Shown here: piece after piece, positions 9,562 through 18,079 of the stretch
Numbering within the stretch: the stretch's first letter is position 1
Layout: the number at the start of each line of letters is the position of its first letter
IMG/VR virus record: IMGVR_UViG_3300043539_001475
Location: 37,211-101,210 of that record
Direction: 5' to 3' (one strand)
Length of the DNA stretch: 64,000 nucleotides
Source of the DNA: a virus
The notes under the pieces: model-generated
The model's database searches: none
What the model was told of the DNA's origin: nothing
What the model saw: the letters and a program-made list of their open reading frames with translations, nothing else
Program-made: the position numbers and the translations under genes

Positions 9562-9947
9562 TGAAACATCAAGAATTTGAGTTGCAAGTAGCGATTTCAA
9601 GATACTTGTCGTACCAATATCCAGAAGTTCTTTTTATTTCGGATACAATTGCAAATATGAAATTAACGCCAATGCAATCTGTTAGAAATAAAAAAATTCA
9701 AAAATCTGACTTTAAGACACCTGATTTACTTATCTTAGAGCCGAAAAATGGATTTAGTGGATTATTTATTGAATTAAAGATAGAAACTCCTTTTAAAAAG
9801 GACGGGAATATAAAAGCTAGTGCAAATGACCACCTTAAAGGACAAATGGAATCTTTATGTGAGTTGAGTAAGAAGGGTTATAAGGCTTGCTTTAGTTGGT
9901 CTTTTGAAATGACAAAAAATATAATAGATGAGTACTTAAAAAAATAA
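9561..9947 (+). CDS. VRR-NUC (PD-D/ExK) nuclease
   Basis: E..LQ, PDL and FIELK motifs. Confidence 0.8.
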   Translation: MKHQEFELQVAISRYLSYQYPEVLFISDTIANMKLTPMQSVRNKKIQKSDFKTPDLLILEPKNGFSGLFIELKIETPFKKDGNIKASANDHLKGQMESLCELSKKGYKACFSWSFEMTKNIIDEYLKK

Positions 9948-9952
9948 CGATA

Positions 9953-10405
9953 ATGAACCAAGAAAAAACAAACATTACAGATACATCCCGTATATTACAG
10001 CAGGTAGGCAAAACGCTAAATGTAATAGGTACGGAAAAATTACTTGAAATTTTAATCTATTCAAGAAAAAACAATAATCAAATTACCGAAGAACAAATTA
10101 AGTTTTCCGAACAGATAATTCAGATTACTTGCGATGAGTTTGGCATTAGCTTATTAGAATTTTACTCTTATAAAAGAAAAAATAATAGGCGAAATGCAAT
10201 AGGCGTTTGCGCTCTTTTTTTACAAGATAATTTAGGGCTAGATAATTCCAACATATCGTATATCCTAAAAAAACCACAGAATCTTACTTGCATTTACAAA
10301 AATGAAATTGTATCTTTAAATCCTAGTCATAAGATGGATATAATAATATTAGACAAAATAAAAAATATTAAAAACAAACTAAATACATTAAAAAATGAAC
10401 AATAA
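9953..10405 (+). CDS. DNA-binding protein with DnaA domain IV-like region
   Basis: IIQITCDEFGIS...YKRK....AIGVCALFL....S..L pattern. Confidence 0.5.
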   Translation: MNQEKTNITDTSRILQQVGKTLNVIGTEKLLEILIYSRKNNNQITEEQIKFSEQIIQITCDEFGISLLEFYSYKRKNNRRNAIGVCALFLQDNLGLDNSNISYILKKPQNLTCIYKNEIVSLNPSHKMDIIILDKIKNIKNKLNTLKNEQ

Positions 10406-11573
10406 CCAAGAAACAGAAGAAATTTACGCAGAAGTAGTGGAAACAATTGACAACGACTTTTCTCCACTAGACGCACCAGTTAAACAGCGTAGCTACACAC
10501 AACATAAGATGGATGCGCACCAAGTTATGCCAGAACTTGAAGAGCCTACTTTTCAAGCGCCTAGCTATACTGATTTTGACGAACCTACTGAAAAAGAAAA
10601 AGAGCCAGAGAGACCTTTCAATGAAGCTTATTCTGAATTAGACGGAAAAGAAAAGACTATGGGTGCAGAAATGATGGCAGAAATGACATTAGACATATAT
10701 GAAAAAGGTTGTGGGTTATTAGGTAAAATACCAGAAATAAGCGAGGATAAATTAGACAAGCTAATTTCAGAAGGCGAAATCGATGCTGATTCTAAACTTC
10801 CAACTGAAAATGGTGAAATCCCAATTAAAGAATTTGCAGTAGATTATAACGAAAGTATTAAGGAAGCGTTCCAAGTTAGTGACGAATTTAAGGAAAAGGT
10901 AAAACCGCCATTAATTCGTGTTTTCAAAAAACGTGGAGTAGGAATGACAGATGAGCAGTTATTGGCTTACTACTTTGTAACAGATTTAGGAACAAAAGGA
11001 GTGCAGGCTTTTATGCTTAAAAAGACTGCTAACAGCATTTTGGACAGCTTGAAGGAAAATACAATTGCAATTAGAGAGGGCAATGCACAAAGAGAAAGAG
11101 CAGAAAGAGCAGAACGAACAGAAAGAACAGAAAGAGCAGAAAGGGCAGAAAGAGCAGAAAGAGCAGAAAGGGCGGAAAGAGCAGAAAGAGCAGAAAGAGC
11201 ATCTTCTACAACGCAAAAAACAAATTCAAAACCAATAAAAGTAAATACTACCGATACAGAGCAAACAGACAATGATGATTATGTTGAGGTTACAGTTATA
11301 GACAAACCAAAGACAAAGAGAAAGAATATGACCGACATGCAAAAACAAGTTATGAATTTTTCTGAACCCGAAGAAGAAGGAGTTTATTCTATTTTAACTG
11401 ATAGAGGTGGATTTTCAGATGAAATTGTAATGCCAAATAATATGCCTGTTTTTGGAGATAAAAAGATATTGTCCGAGTTAGAGAGATTGAGCCAAGAACC
11501 AGTTAAGCCAGTTCGTAAAACAAGAGCCAATTCTGTAGATAAAAAAACAACTACTCGAAAATCTAAAAAATAG
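10395..11573 (+). CDS. Acidic protein with (ERA/ERT)n repeat, abutting the ATPase gene
   Basis: ORF; 9-bp coding repeat at about 11090-11200. Confidence 0.75.
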   Translation: MNNNQETEEIYAEVVETIDNDFSPLDAPVKQRSYTQHKMDAHQVMPELEEPTFQAPSYTDFDEPTEKEKEPERPFNEAYSELDGKEKTMGAEMMAEMTLDIYEKGCGLLGKIPEISEDKLDKLISEGEIDADSKLPTENGEIPIKEFAVDYNESIKEAFQVSDEFKEKVKPPLIRVFKKRGVGMTDEQLLAYYFVTDLGTKGVQAFMLKKTANSILDSLKENTIAIREGNAQRERAERAERTERTERAERAERAERAERAERAERAERASSTTQKTNSKPIKVNTTDTEQTDNDDYVEVTVIDKPKTKRKNMTDMQKQVMNFSEPEEEGVYSILTDRGGFSDEIVMPNNMPVFGDKKILSELERLSQEPVKPVRKTRANSVDKKTTTRKSKK

Positions 11574-12392
11574 ATGGAAGAAAGAGAACCAAGATTAGGA
11601 GTAGCAGTTGGCAGAAAGGGTTGTGGCAAAACTTATACTACCAAACAAATGATACAAAAATATGTACAAGGAAACCCCTCGAAAGGGGTTATTCCTCGTA
11701 GGGTATTAGTATTAGATGTTAACGATGAGTTTGAGGACATAAGGGCTATTAGGGTTAGTGATGTTATGCGTTTTTCCGCACACCCAAAAGTAGAAGCTAG
11801 AAGGATAAGACCATTGCATGAAAACGGAGTTAGAATGACACTTACTGAAATTCAAGAGGTGCTATTCAAAATCTTAAACGATTATAGAGGTGGGCTTTTA
11901 TTGATTGAGGATATTAACAGATACATTTCTGATTATTTGCCTAATGACCTTGTGGGGGCTATATGCACCAACAGACATACGGATACAGATATTATTTTGC
12001 ATTTTCAATCGGTAGGAAGGATTTCACCTAAAATATGGCAGAACTTGAATTGGATTAGGTTTCACAAAAATACCGATTCAGTAGATAAACACCGTACAAA
12101 GTTTGAGGACAAATACGAATTATTGAAATTAGTAGAGAACTATGTTAATGCCGAGTATCATGCAGGAGACCAAAGAATTTATATTTATGTAGATATAGAT
12201 GATGAAAAAATAAAGGGAGTTGACCGTAAAAAGTTCGATGCTGTTTTAGACCAATATTTATCTGAAAATTACAGAAAGCTAATTTCCCCAATGTTACAAT
12301 CAAAGGATTTAGGTAAGGGCGCAAAGAAATATACACCTCAAGAAGCGGTGGCAATTCAAAAAGAACGAATAACCAAATATTATTTAACATAA
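11574..12392 (+). CDS. FtsK/HerA-superfamily ATPase, candidate A32/P9-type genome packaging ATPase
   Basis: Walker A GRKGCGKT near the N-terminus, Walker B LLLIED, RH arginine motif, HFQS sensor; compact 272 aa with no nuclease domain. Confidence 0.75.
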   Translation: MEEREPRLGVAVGRKGCGKTYTTKQMIQKYVQGNPSKGVIPRRVLVLDVNDEFEDIRAIRVSDVMRFSAHPKVEARRIRPLHENGVRMTLTEIQEVLFKILNDYRGGLLLIEDINRYISDYLPNDLVGAICTNRHTDTDIILHFQSVGRISPKIWQNLNWIRFHKNTDSVDKHRTKFEDKYELLKLVENYVNAEYHAGDQRIYIYVDIDDEKIKGVDRKKFDAVLDQYLSENYRKLISPMLQSKDLGKGAKKYTPQEAVAIQKERITKYYLT

Positions 12393-12415
12393 AAAAAATG
12401 AGTTAGTAGCTCATT
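12391..12415 (-). terminator. Hairpin terminator with U-run on the - strand
   Basis: A8 then AATGAG/CTCATT stem on +. Confidence 0.55.
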
Positions 12416-12510
12416 ATTTATATTTCGGCTTCCACTCCGACAACACAAATATAAAAAAAAATATTATCTTTACCATAAATAATCAATTTTTTAATTAAAA
12501 AAAAGAAAAA

Positions 12511-12774
12511 ATGGAAAAAAAATTAGAAGAAAAAAAAAGAGGGTTTATTGCAAAATTATTTTGTGAAAAAAACGAACCAAGTTCAAAAAGATTTGTTGGC
12601 ATTATAGGGTCAATAACATTATTTAGTACTTTATTTGCAAACAGCTTTACGCATATAAGCCAAGCACCAAGCGAAGCATTGGTAAACGCAGTAGCATTAT
12701 TGTCTTTTGGTGCATTAGGTATCACTGGGGCAGAAAGAATATTTGGTAAAAAAGAAAATAATAACGAACAATAA
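12511..12774 (+). CDS. Putative holin (2 TM)
   Basis: SSKRF followed by two hydrophobic helices; directly upstream of the endolysin. Confidence 0.6.
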   Translation: MEKKLEEKKRGFIAKLFCEKNEPSSKRFVGIIGSITLFSTLFANSFTHISQAPSEALVNAVALLSFGALGITGAERIFGKKENNNEQ

Positions 12775-12786
12775 AAATTAAAAATT

Positions 12787-13254
12787 ATGAAATTATCAGA
12801 GCATTTGGATTTATCAGAAGTAACAAGAAGTGAAACTGCAAAAAGAAAAGGTATTAGCAACATGCCGACACCAGAGCATTTGGAAAATTTTAAAAAATTG
12901 GCTGAAAATATTTTTGAACCGATTAGAAAACATTTTGGAGTGCCAATTCACATTTCAAGTGGATATAGAAGCAAGGCTTTAAATACTGCTATTGGCGGAA
13001 GTTTAACAAGTCAACATTGCCAAGGTGAGGCTATTGATATTGATATGGATGGTAGTTCTAATGGGGTTACTAACAAAATGGTATTTGACTACATAAAAGC
13101 TAATCTAAATTTTGACCAATTAATTTTTGAGTTTGGAACAAAAGATGCACCTGATTGGGTACACGTTTCATTTGAATCAACTGGAAAACAACGTAAGCAA
13201 ATTTTAAGAGCAATTAAAAGTGGTGGTAAAACTGCATACCAACCTTATGCGTAA
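12787..13254 (+). CDS. Peptidase M15A endolysin
   Basis: SSGYRS..LN..IGG, SQH..G.A.D and WVHVS motifs. Confidence 0.9.
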   Translation: MKLSEHLDLSEVTRSETAKRKGISNMPTPEHLENFKKLAENIFEPIRKHFGVPIHISSGYRSKALNTAIGGSLTSQHCQGEAIDIDMDGSSNGVTNKMVFDYIKANLNFDQLIFEFGTKDAPDWVHVSFESTGKQRKQILRAIKSGGKTAYQPYA

Positions 13255-13278
13255 CATTTAACAGTTTAAATAGATTTA

Positions 13279-14394
13279 ATGAAAAACCTATCAAAAGAAG
13301 AGTTATTGAGCAGATTGGAAGCAATCAATAGGAGCAATGCTATTATTTACTTTGACCTGCATGGTACTATATTAGGTGTCAATGACATTTTTTTAGAAGT
13401 AATGGGTTATGGAATAGGTAATCACGAAGAACTTATTGGAAAACACCATAGCACTTTTGTGTGTCAAGAATACGCAAAATCTCTTGAATATGAGAAGTTT
13501 TGGGACATATTAAGAAGCGGTAAATATTATCAAGGAGAATTTGAACGAAGAAAAAAAGATGGAAGTCTTATCAATCTTCAAGCAACTTATAATCCTATTT
13601 TTGATGATAGTGGCAAGATTACTAAAATAATGAAAATTGCTACTGATGTTAGTGCTATCGTTAGTAGTAAAAAACAGATAGATGCTATCAATAGAAGTAC
13701 AGCTCTTATTACTTTTAATGTTGAAGGAATCATAACAGATGTTAATTCTATATTTTTAGAAGCTATGGGATATAAATCTAATGAAAAAACTAAAATAATT
13801 GGAAAGCATCATAGTATTTTTGTAACTTATCAGTATTCACAGTCTGATGAATATAACAATTTTTGGGAAAATTTAAGAAAAGGTAAGTTTTTTGATGGAA
13901 TTTTTGAAAGGGTAAAAGTAGATGGTTCTACAATTTATTTACAAGCATCTTATAATCCTATCCTTGATAGTAAAGGCAACATTACAGATGTGGTTAAAAT
14001 TGCAACTGATATTACGGAATCTATAAATAGTAAGAAAAAAATAGAGGAACTAACAAATAATTTGAAATTTGAATTGGAAAACTCACAAAAACTTAAAGAT
14101 TCAATAGAAGTCGAAAAAAATATGGCTTTGAATGATTTAGATGTAATGATAAAAAAAAGTCAAAGTGAACTGATAAAAATAATCGTTAAATGTGCTTTAG
14201 CAGTAATAATTGGTGTTGGAATTGTAACTACTATATTATATTGGGTAGCGATTGTAACAAACAAAGAAACTCAAATAATTGGCTCAACTTGGAGTAATAT
14301 GTTTAGTGTTTTATTGACAAACGCATTTTCAATAGTTGGTACAATTATGGGCATTAAATATGCCACTCAAGAAAATAATAATAAAAATAATTAA
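13279..14394 (+). CDS. Tandem PAS/PAC sensor protein with coiled coil and two C-terminal TM helices
   Basis: Two repeats of AINRS.A.I.F...G.I, GKHHS.FV, FW..LR.G, LQA.YNPI.D, K.ATD. Confidence 0.85.
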   Translation: MKNLSKEELLSRLEAINRSNAIIYFDLHGTILGVNDIFLEVMGYGIGNHEELIGKHHSTFVCQEYAKSLEYEKFWDILRSGKYYQGEFERRKKDGSLINLQATYNPIFDDSGKITKIMKIATDVSAIVSSKKQIDAINRSTALITFNVEGIITDVNSIFLEAMGYKSNEKTKIIGKHHSIFVTYQYSQSDEYNNFWENLRKGKFFDGIFERVKVDGSTIYLQASYNPILDSKGNITDVVKIATDITESINSKKKIEELTNNLKFELENSQKLKDSIEVEKNMALNDLDVMIKKSQSELIKIIVKCALAVIIGVGIVTTILYWVAIVTNKETQIIGSTWSNMFSVLLTNAFSIVGTIMGIKYATQENNNKNN

Positions 14395-14399
14395 AAATT

Positions 14400-15050
14400 A
14401 TGATTACAACAATTAACAAAAATAGGATATTTACATGGGTATTACTAATATCTTGCTTGGTACTAGTTTCACAACTATTTCAAAAATGCGAAAGTGAGAA
14501 ATTACAATTAGCTAACGTGGAAGCTCTAAATAGTCAATCTAAAGTTTATAAGCTTAAAAATGGACAATTAGTAACTAGCGTTGAAACTTTATCTTATAGC
14601 AATAGTCAGTTAAAAAACTCTATTGTAATGAAAGATAAAAAAGTTAAAGAGCTAACTAATAAATTTTCTAAAGTTCAATCTCTTACAAAGTATGTTACAA
14701 ACACAAAATTTGATACAATAGAGCTTCGATACAAAGATACCGTACCTTGCGTATTTGAAAGAAAAGATAGTTTATTAAAGGAATGGTATCATATAGCTTA
14801 TAAGTCAAATCAAAAGGGAATTGAAATAACCGAACTATCAATACCAGACAGTGTGATTGTAGTTACTGGAATTAAGAGAAAATGGTTTTTAGGTAAGCAA
14901 ACACAAACCACAGATATAACTCATGCAAACCCATTTGTTCAGACTAACAATGTTCAACACATTGAAGTAGTAACTCAAAAAAAATGGTACGATACTTTCC
15001 TATTTAAAGTCGGATTAGGATTTATAGGCGGAGTTTTAATAACTAAGTAA
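14400..15050 (+). CDS. Spanin-like protein
   Basis: N-terminal hydrophobic helix followed by Cys, coiled coil, DT.P beta region, C-terminal KWY..G..GG helix; last gene of the lysis cassette. Confidence 0.5.
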   Translation: MITTINKNRIFTWVLLISCLVLVSQLFQKCESEKLQLANVEALNSQSKVYKLKNGQLVTSVETLSYSNSQLKNSIVMKDKKVKELTNKFSKVQSLTKYVTNTKFDTIELRYKDTVPCVFERKDSLLKEWYHIAYKSNQKGIEITELSIPDSVIVVTGIKRKWFLGKQTQTTDITHANPFVQTNNVQHIEVVTQKKWYDTFLFKVGLGFIGGVLITK

Positions 15051-15079
15051 GTTACCAAAAAAATAATTAACTACTAAAC

Positions 15080-15105
15080 AGCTATCGGAAACGGTGGCTT
15101 TTTTT
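15080..15105 (+). terminator. Intrinsic terminator
   Basis: AGCTATCG-GAAA-CGGTGGCT then T-run. Confidence 0.85.
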
Positions 15106-15162
15106 GTGCTTTGTAAATTAAAAAAAATCTTTTCAAAAAAATTATTTCAGTTTATTTTTAAA

Positions 15163-15200
15163 TAAATGCCTAGATACTTCTTTCATTTAACATAATTTTG
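15163..15200 (+). promoter_or_regulatory. Promoter for the capsid-candidate transcript
   Basis: TAAATGCCTAGATA box at 15163-15176; TAATTTTG at 15193-15200. Confidence 0.5.
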
Positions 15201-15281
15201 GATTGTAATTATATCTGAATATAATTATCATTTAAAATAAGTTTAGTTACAATCATTCTGAAATGAGAAACGAGATTAAAA

Positions 15282-15344
15282 AGGTTACAAAGATTACAAA
15301 GATTACAAAGATTACAAAGATTACAAAGATTACAAAGATTACAA
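15282..15344. repeat. 9-bp tandem repeat (AGATTACAA)x6 plus one variant
   Basis: Read directly; lies within a 41-codon ORF at 15263-15388. Confidence 0.95.
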
Positions 15345-15483
15345 AAACATTAGCCATCGTAATAGATGGAGTTTTAATAGCTAATTAAATAGATAGAAAA
15401 TTTTTATCTTCAAGGATTAGTTTGCCGAACAAAATTTAAGAGTAAAAAAACACAAAACACAAAACAAATAAAAACATAAAAAA

Positions 15484-16185
15484 ATGTCAGTAAGAAATTA
15501 TTTAGCAAGAGCGCAAAGAAGCGCAATGGAGAATTTTTCTAATGCAGATGGATTTATAGATGATGATTTATCATTCTCTGGTGAAGACTTCTTCAATGCA
15601 CAAGGAAATTCAATGATAGGGCAACAAGCGGCTCAAACGTCTCAACCATATATTATAGATATTACATCTACTTCTGGTTCAGCAGTATCAAATTTTGAAG
15701 TATTAGGGTCTTACCAATACATCAATAACGCAGGTTTTACACCAAACGGAGAATTGACTATTGGGTCAATTACAGTTAGTTCTGGAATTTCAGACATCTC
15801 TTATAGAGAGATGCTATATCAATTTATGAACAATCCTTATTCTGTTGGTTTGACTTATATTCAATCAGCTACGGCTAACCAAGTATTAGAAACTCTTTCA
15901 GTTAACACTAAAGATGCAAATGGTAACTTGGCTCAAAAGACTTTAGTTCCGACTATTGACCCTTACCAACAACAAACTACAATCATTGCAATGAAATATG
16001 CTTATCGTATTGATGGTTTCACAAAAATCATCATCCGTCAAATTCTTGCAAATGCAACTGTAAAACTTTACTTCTACCCAGCAGACAACATAAACCTTGC
16101 TCGTGCTTTAGGAGGACAGTCAGTTAGTAAACAATTTGGTTCTCCAAAAGTTGCTAGTGGACAAACTATTAAGATTGCGCAATAA
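15484..16185 (+). CDS. Candidate major capsid protein (beta-rich, jelly-roll-like)
   Basis: Own promoter and strong terminator; high-expression codons (TTC, AAC, ATC, CGT); no TM; alternating beta pattern; paralog at 46907. Confidence 0.55.
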   Translation: MSVRNYLARAQRSAMENFSNADGFIDDDLSFSGEDFFNAQGNSMIGQQAAQTSQPYIIDITSTSGSAVSNFEVLGSYQYINNAGFTPNGELTIGSITVSSGISDISYREMLYQFMNNPYSVGLTYIQSATANQVLETLSVNTKDANGNLAQKTLVPTIDPYQQQTTIIAMKYAYRIDGFTKIIIRQILANATVKLYFYPADNINLARALGGQSVSKQFGSPKVASGQTIKIAQ

Positions 16186-16221
16186 TTTATGTTATTGAGG
16201 TAATCAAATTAATGTATAATT

Positions 16222-16261
16222 AAAGAGAGCAAGTCTGATTTAGTCAACTTGCTCTCTTTTT
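16222..16261 (+). terminator. Strong intrinsic terminator
   Basis: AAAGAGAGCAAGT/ACTTGCTCTCTTT stem. Confidence 0.9.
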
Positions 16262-16277
16262 ATTTAAAATAAAAAAT

Positions 16278-16760
16278 ATGTCAGATTATAACGATATTGC
16301 ATTAAGAAATCCACAAGGAGCTGTAAGCGTTATATCCTCTTTCGGATATGAAATACTAGACCGAAGTAATTTAGGTCAAAGCTTAAACGAGTTAATAGCT
16401 CAAGAAGGTGAGCCAGCTTTAAGAAAAGTTATGGAAATACACCCAGACAAAGATGTTATTTTAGAATTATTTTCTAATAAAACTACAGAACCAGAAAAAA
16501 ACGGGTGTGGCTGTTCGTCTTGTAATGAAAAAAAATCCGATAAAATATTTGAGCGTAACTCTGAAGGAAATTTTGAAAGATATGAAAACTTCATTAACTT
16601 CAACGGAATACTAGAAGAAGCAAAAAAAACTGCTAGCACAACTGCTAACACAAATGCTAACACAACTTCTAATACTAATATTTTAGCACATCAAACAAAC
16701 AATATATTAATAGTCGCAAGTTTATTTATAGCGACTGTTTTAATTCTAAAAATTAAATAA
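16278..16760 (+). CDS. Putative virion membrane protein (helical N-domain, CGCSSC, FINFNG, C-terminal TM)
   Basis: ORF; hydrophobic C-terminus. Confidence 0.7.
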   Translation: MSDYNDIALRNPQGAVSVISSFGYEILDRSNLGQSLNELIAQEGEPALRKVMEIHPDKDVILELFSNKTTEPEKNGCGCSSCNEKKSDKIFERNSEGNFERYENFINFNGILEEAKKTASTTANTNANTTSNTNILAHQTNNILIVASLFIATVLILKIK

Positions 16761-16761
16761 A

Positions 16762-17529
16762 ATGAACGAACTATCAAATTTAGGGGCAGATGTAATTGTA
16801 AACAGCGTTATAGAAAATAGAGGCGATGTTGTAGACTTACTTTTTAAAAACGGAGCAATAGTGCCTGACGACTTAACTAATTTAGAGTTGTCTCAAATAG
16901 TCACAGAGCTTTTAAAAAATTCAAGTAATTTCCAAAATGAATATTTGGATTTTATAACTAATCTTATAATTTCAAAAAATCAGATTGTAACGAGTAATTA
17001 TAGTAACTTAGATGGTGATTTTTACAATGAAGATGAGATGGGTAATTATAATAACGTAGAAGGAACTTTTTACGATGTAGATGAAATGAGTGATTATAAT
17101 AACTTAGAAGGAACTTTTTACGATGAAGATGAAATGAGTGATTACAGTAATGCTGTAGGTAGCTTTTCAGATACTTTTAGCGTAGCTCCAAGTCCTTTTA
17201 CTCCAAAAAATACAGCTCAGACTAGTCCAAGTACAGGTTCAACAAATACAACAACTACAACGCCAAGAACTGGATTTACGTTAGATAAAGGCTTAGATAT
17301 TATAACCAAAGGTTTAAATGCTTTTTTAACTTTAGATACTAACAAAACAAATAGAGCTTTGGCAGATGCTTCTGTAAAAACTACTCAATCTTCAACGATT
17401 ATTAGTACGCCAGATACATATACAAAAACTAAAAAATCAAATACTACAACGTATGTTATTTTAGCATTAGTGGGTGTTTTAGTAGTTGGTGGTGGAATTA
17501 TGTATGCAGTTAAACGTAAAAATTCTTAA
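16762..17529 (+). CDS. Putative virion membrane protein with four Y-x-N-x-x-G repeats and C-terminal TM
   Basis: 48-bp repeat unit at about 16995-17160; TM YVILALVGVLVVGGGIMYAV. Confidence 0.75.
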   Translation: MNELSNLGADVIVNSVIENRGDVVDLLFKNGAIVPDDLTNLELSQIVTELLKNSSNFQNEYLDFITNLIISKNQIVTSNYSNLDGDFYNEDEMGNYNNVEGTFYDVDEMSDYNNLEGTFYDEDEMSDYSNAVGSFSDTFSVAPSPFTPKNTAQTSPSTGSTNTTTTTPRTGFTLDKGLDIITKGLNAFLTLDTNKTNRALADASVKTTQSSTIISTPDTYTKTKKSNTTTYVILALVGVLVVGGGIMYAVKRKNS

Positions 17530-17531
17530 TT

Positions 17532-17843
17532 ATGTCTTTTTTTACAACAGACGCAGGACGAAACACTATAGGTGCAGGTATAAACAGTTTATTGAGCTTA
17601 GGAGTAACAGCAGTAGGTGCTAATCAAGACAGAAAATTATTAGCAGGTCAAGCAAATATTTCGGCTCAACAAAATCAAACCGCAATAGAAGTCGAGAGAG
17701 AAAGAACAAGACAAGCTCAATTAAACCTCGAAGCTTCAAGGGCTAAAGCTCCAGAATCTGGAAGTAAGGCTCTTTACATTGGATTAGCAATAGGAGGAGT
17801 AGTTATTTTAGGAGGTATTATTTTTGCGGTAACTAGAAAATAG
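17532..17843 (+). CDS. Amphipathic N-helix, Q-rich coil, C-terminal TM protein (pilot/penetration-like)
   Basis: Same architecture as 45563 and 46113. Confidence 0.6.
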   Translation: MSFFTTDAGRNTIGAGINSLLSLGVTAVGANQDRKLLAGQANISAQQNQTAIEVERERTRQAQLNLEASRAKAPESGSKALYIGLAIGGVVILGGIIFAVTRK

Positions 17844-17849
17844 AAAAAA

Positions 17850-18074
17850 ATGGGAGCAGTAAAAGGTTACATGGCAGATGTAAAAAGCATTGTGAGTAAG
17901 GACAAAAGAGATATTCTATTGCATACATCAAAGGCTTCGGTTAACGGAGCTGTCACTGGTCTTGTGCTAGGACTAATGATAGGATATTACAAAAACAAAA
18001 ATGTTTATGTAAGTGGTCTTATAGGAGCCGTAGTTGGCGGTGTTGCCACTGCAATTATTGTATCTAAAAAATAA
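17850..18074 (+). CDS. Glycine-zipper 2-TM protein
   Basis: GAVTGLVLGLMIG and GLIGAVVGG. Confidence 0.7.
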   Translation: MGAVKGYMADVKSIVSKDKRDILLHTSKASVNGAVTGLVLGLMIGYYKNKNVYVSGLIGAVVGGVATAIIVSKK

Positions 18075-18079
18075 AAAAA

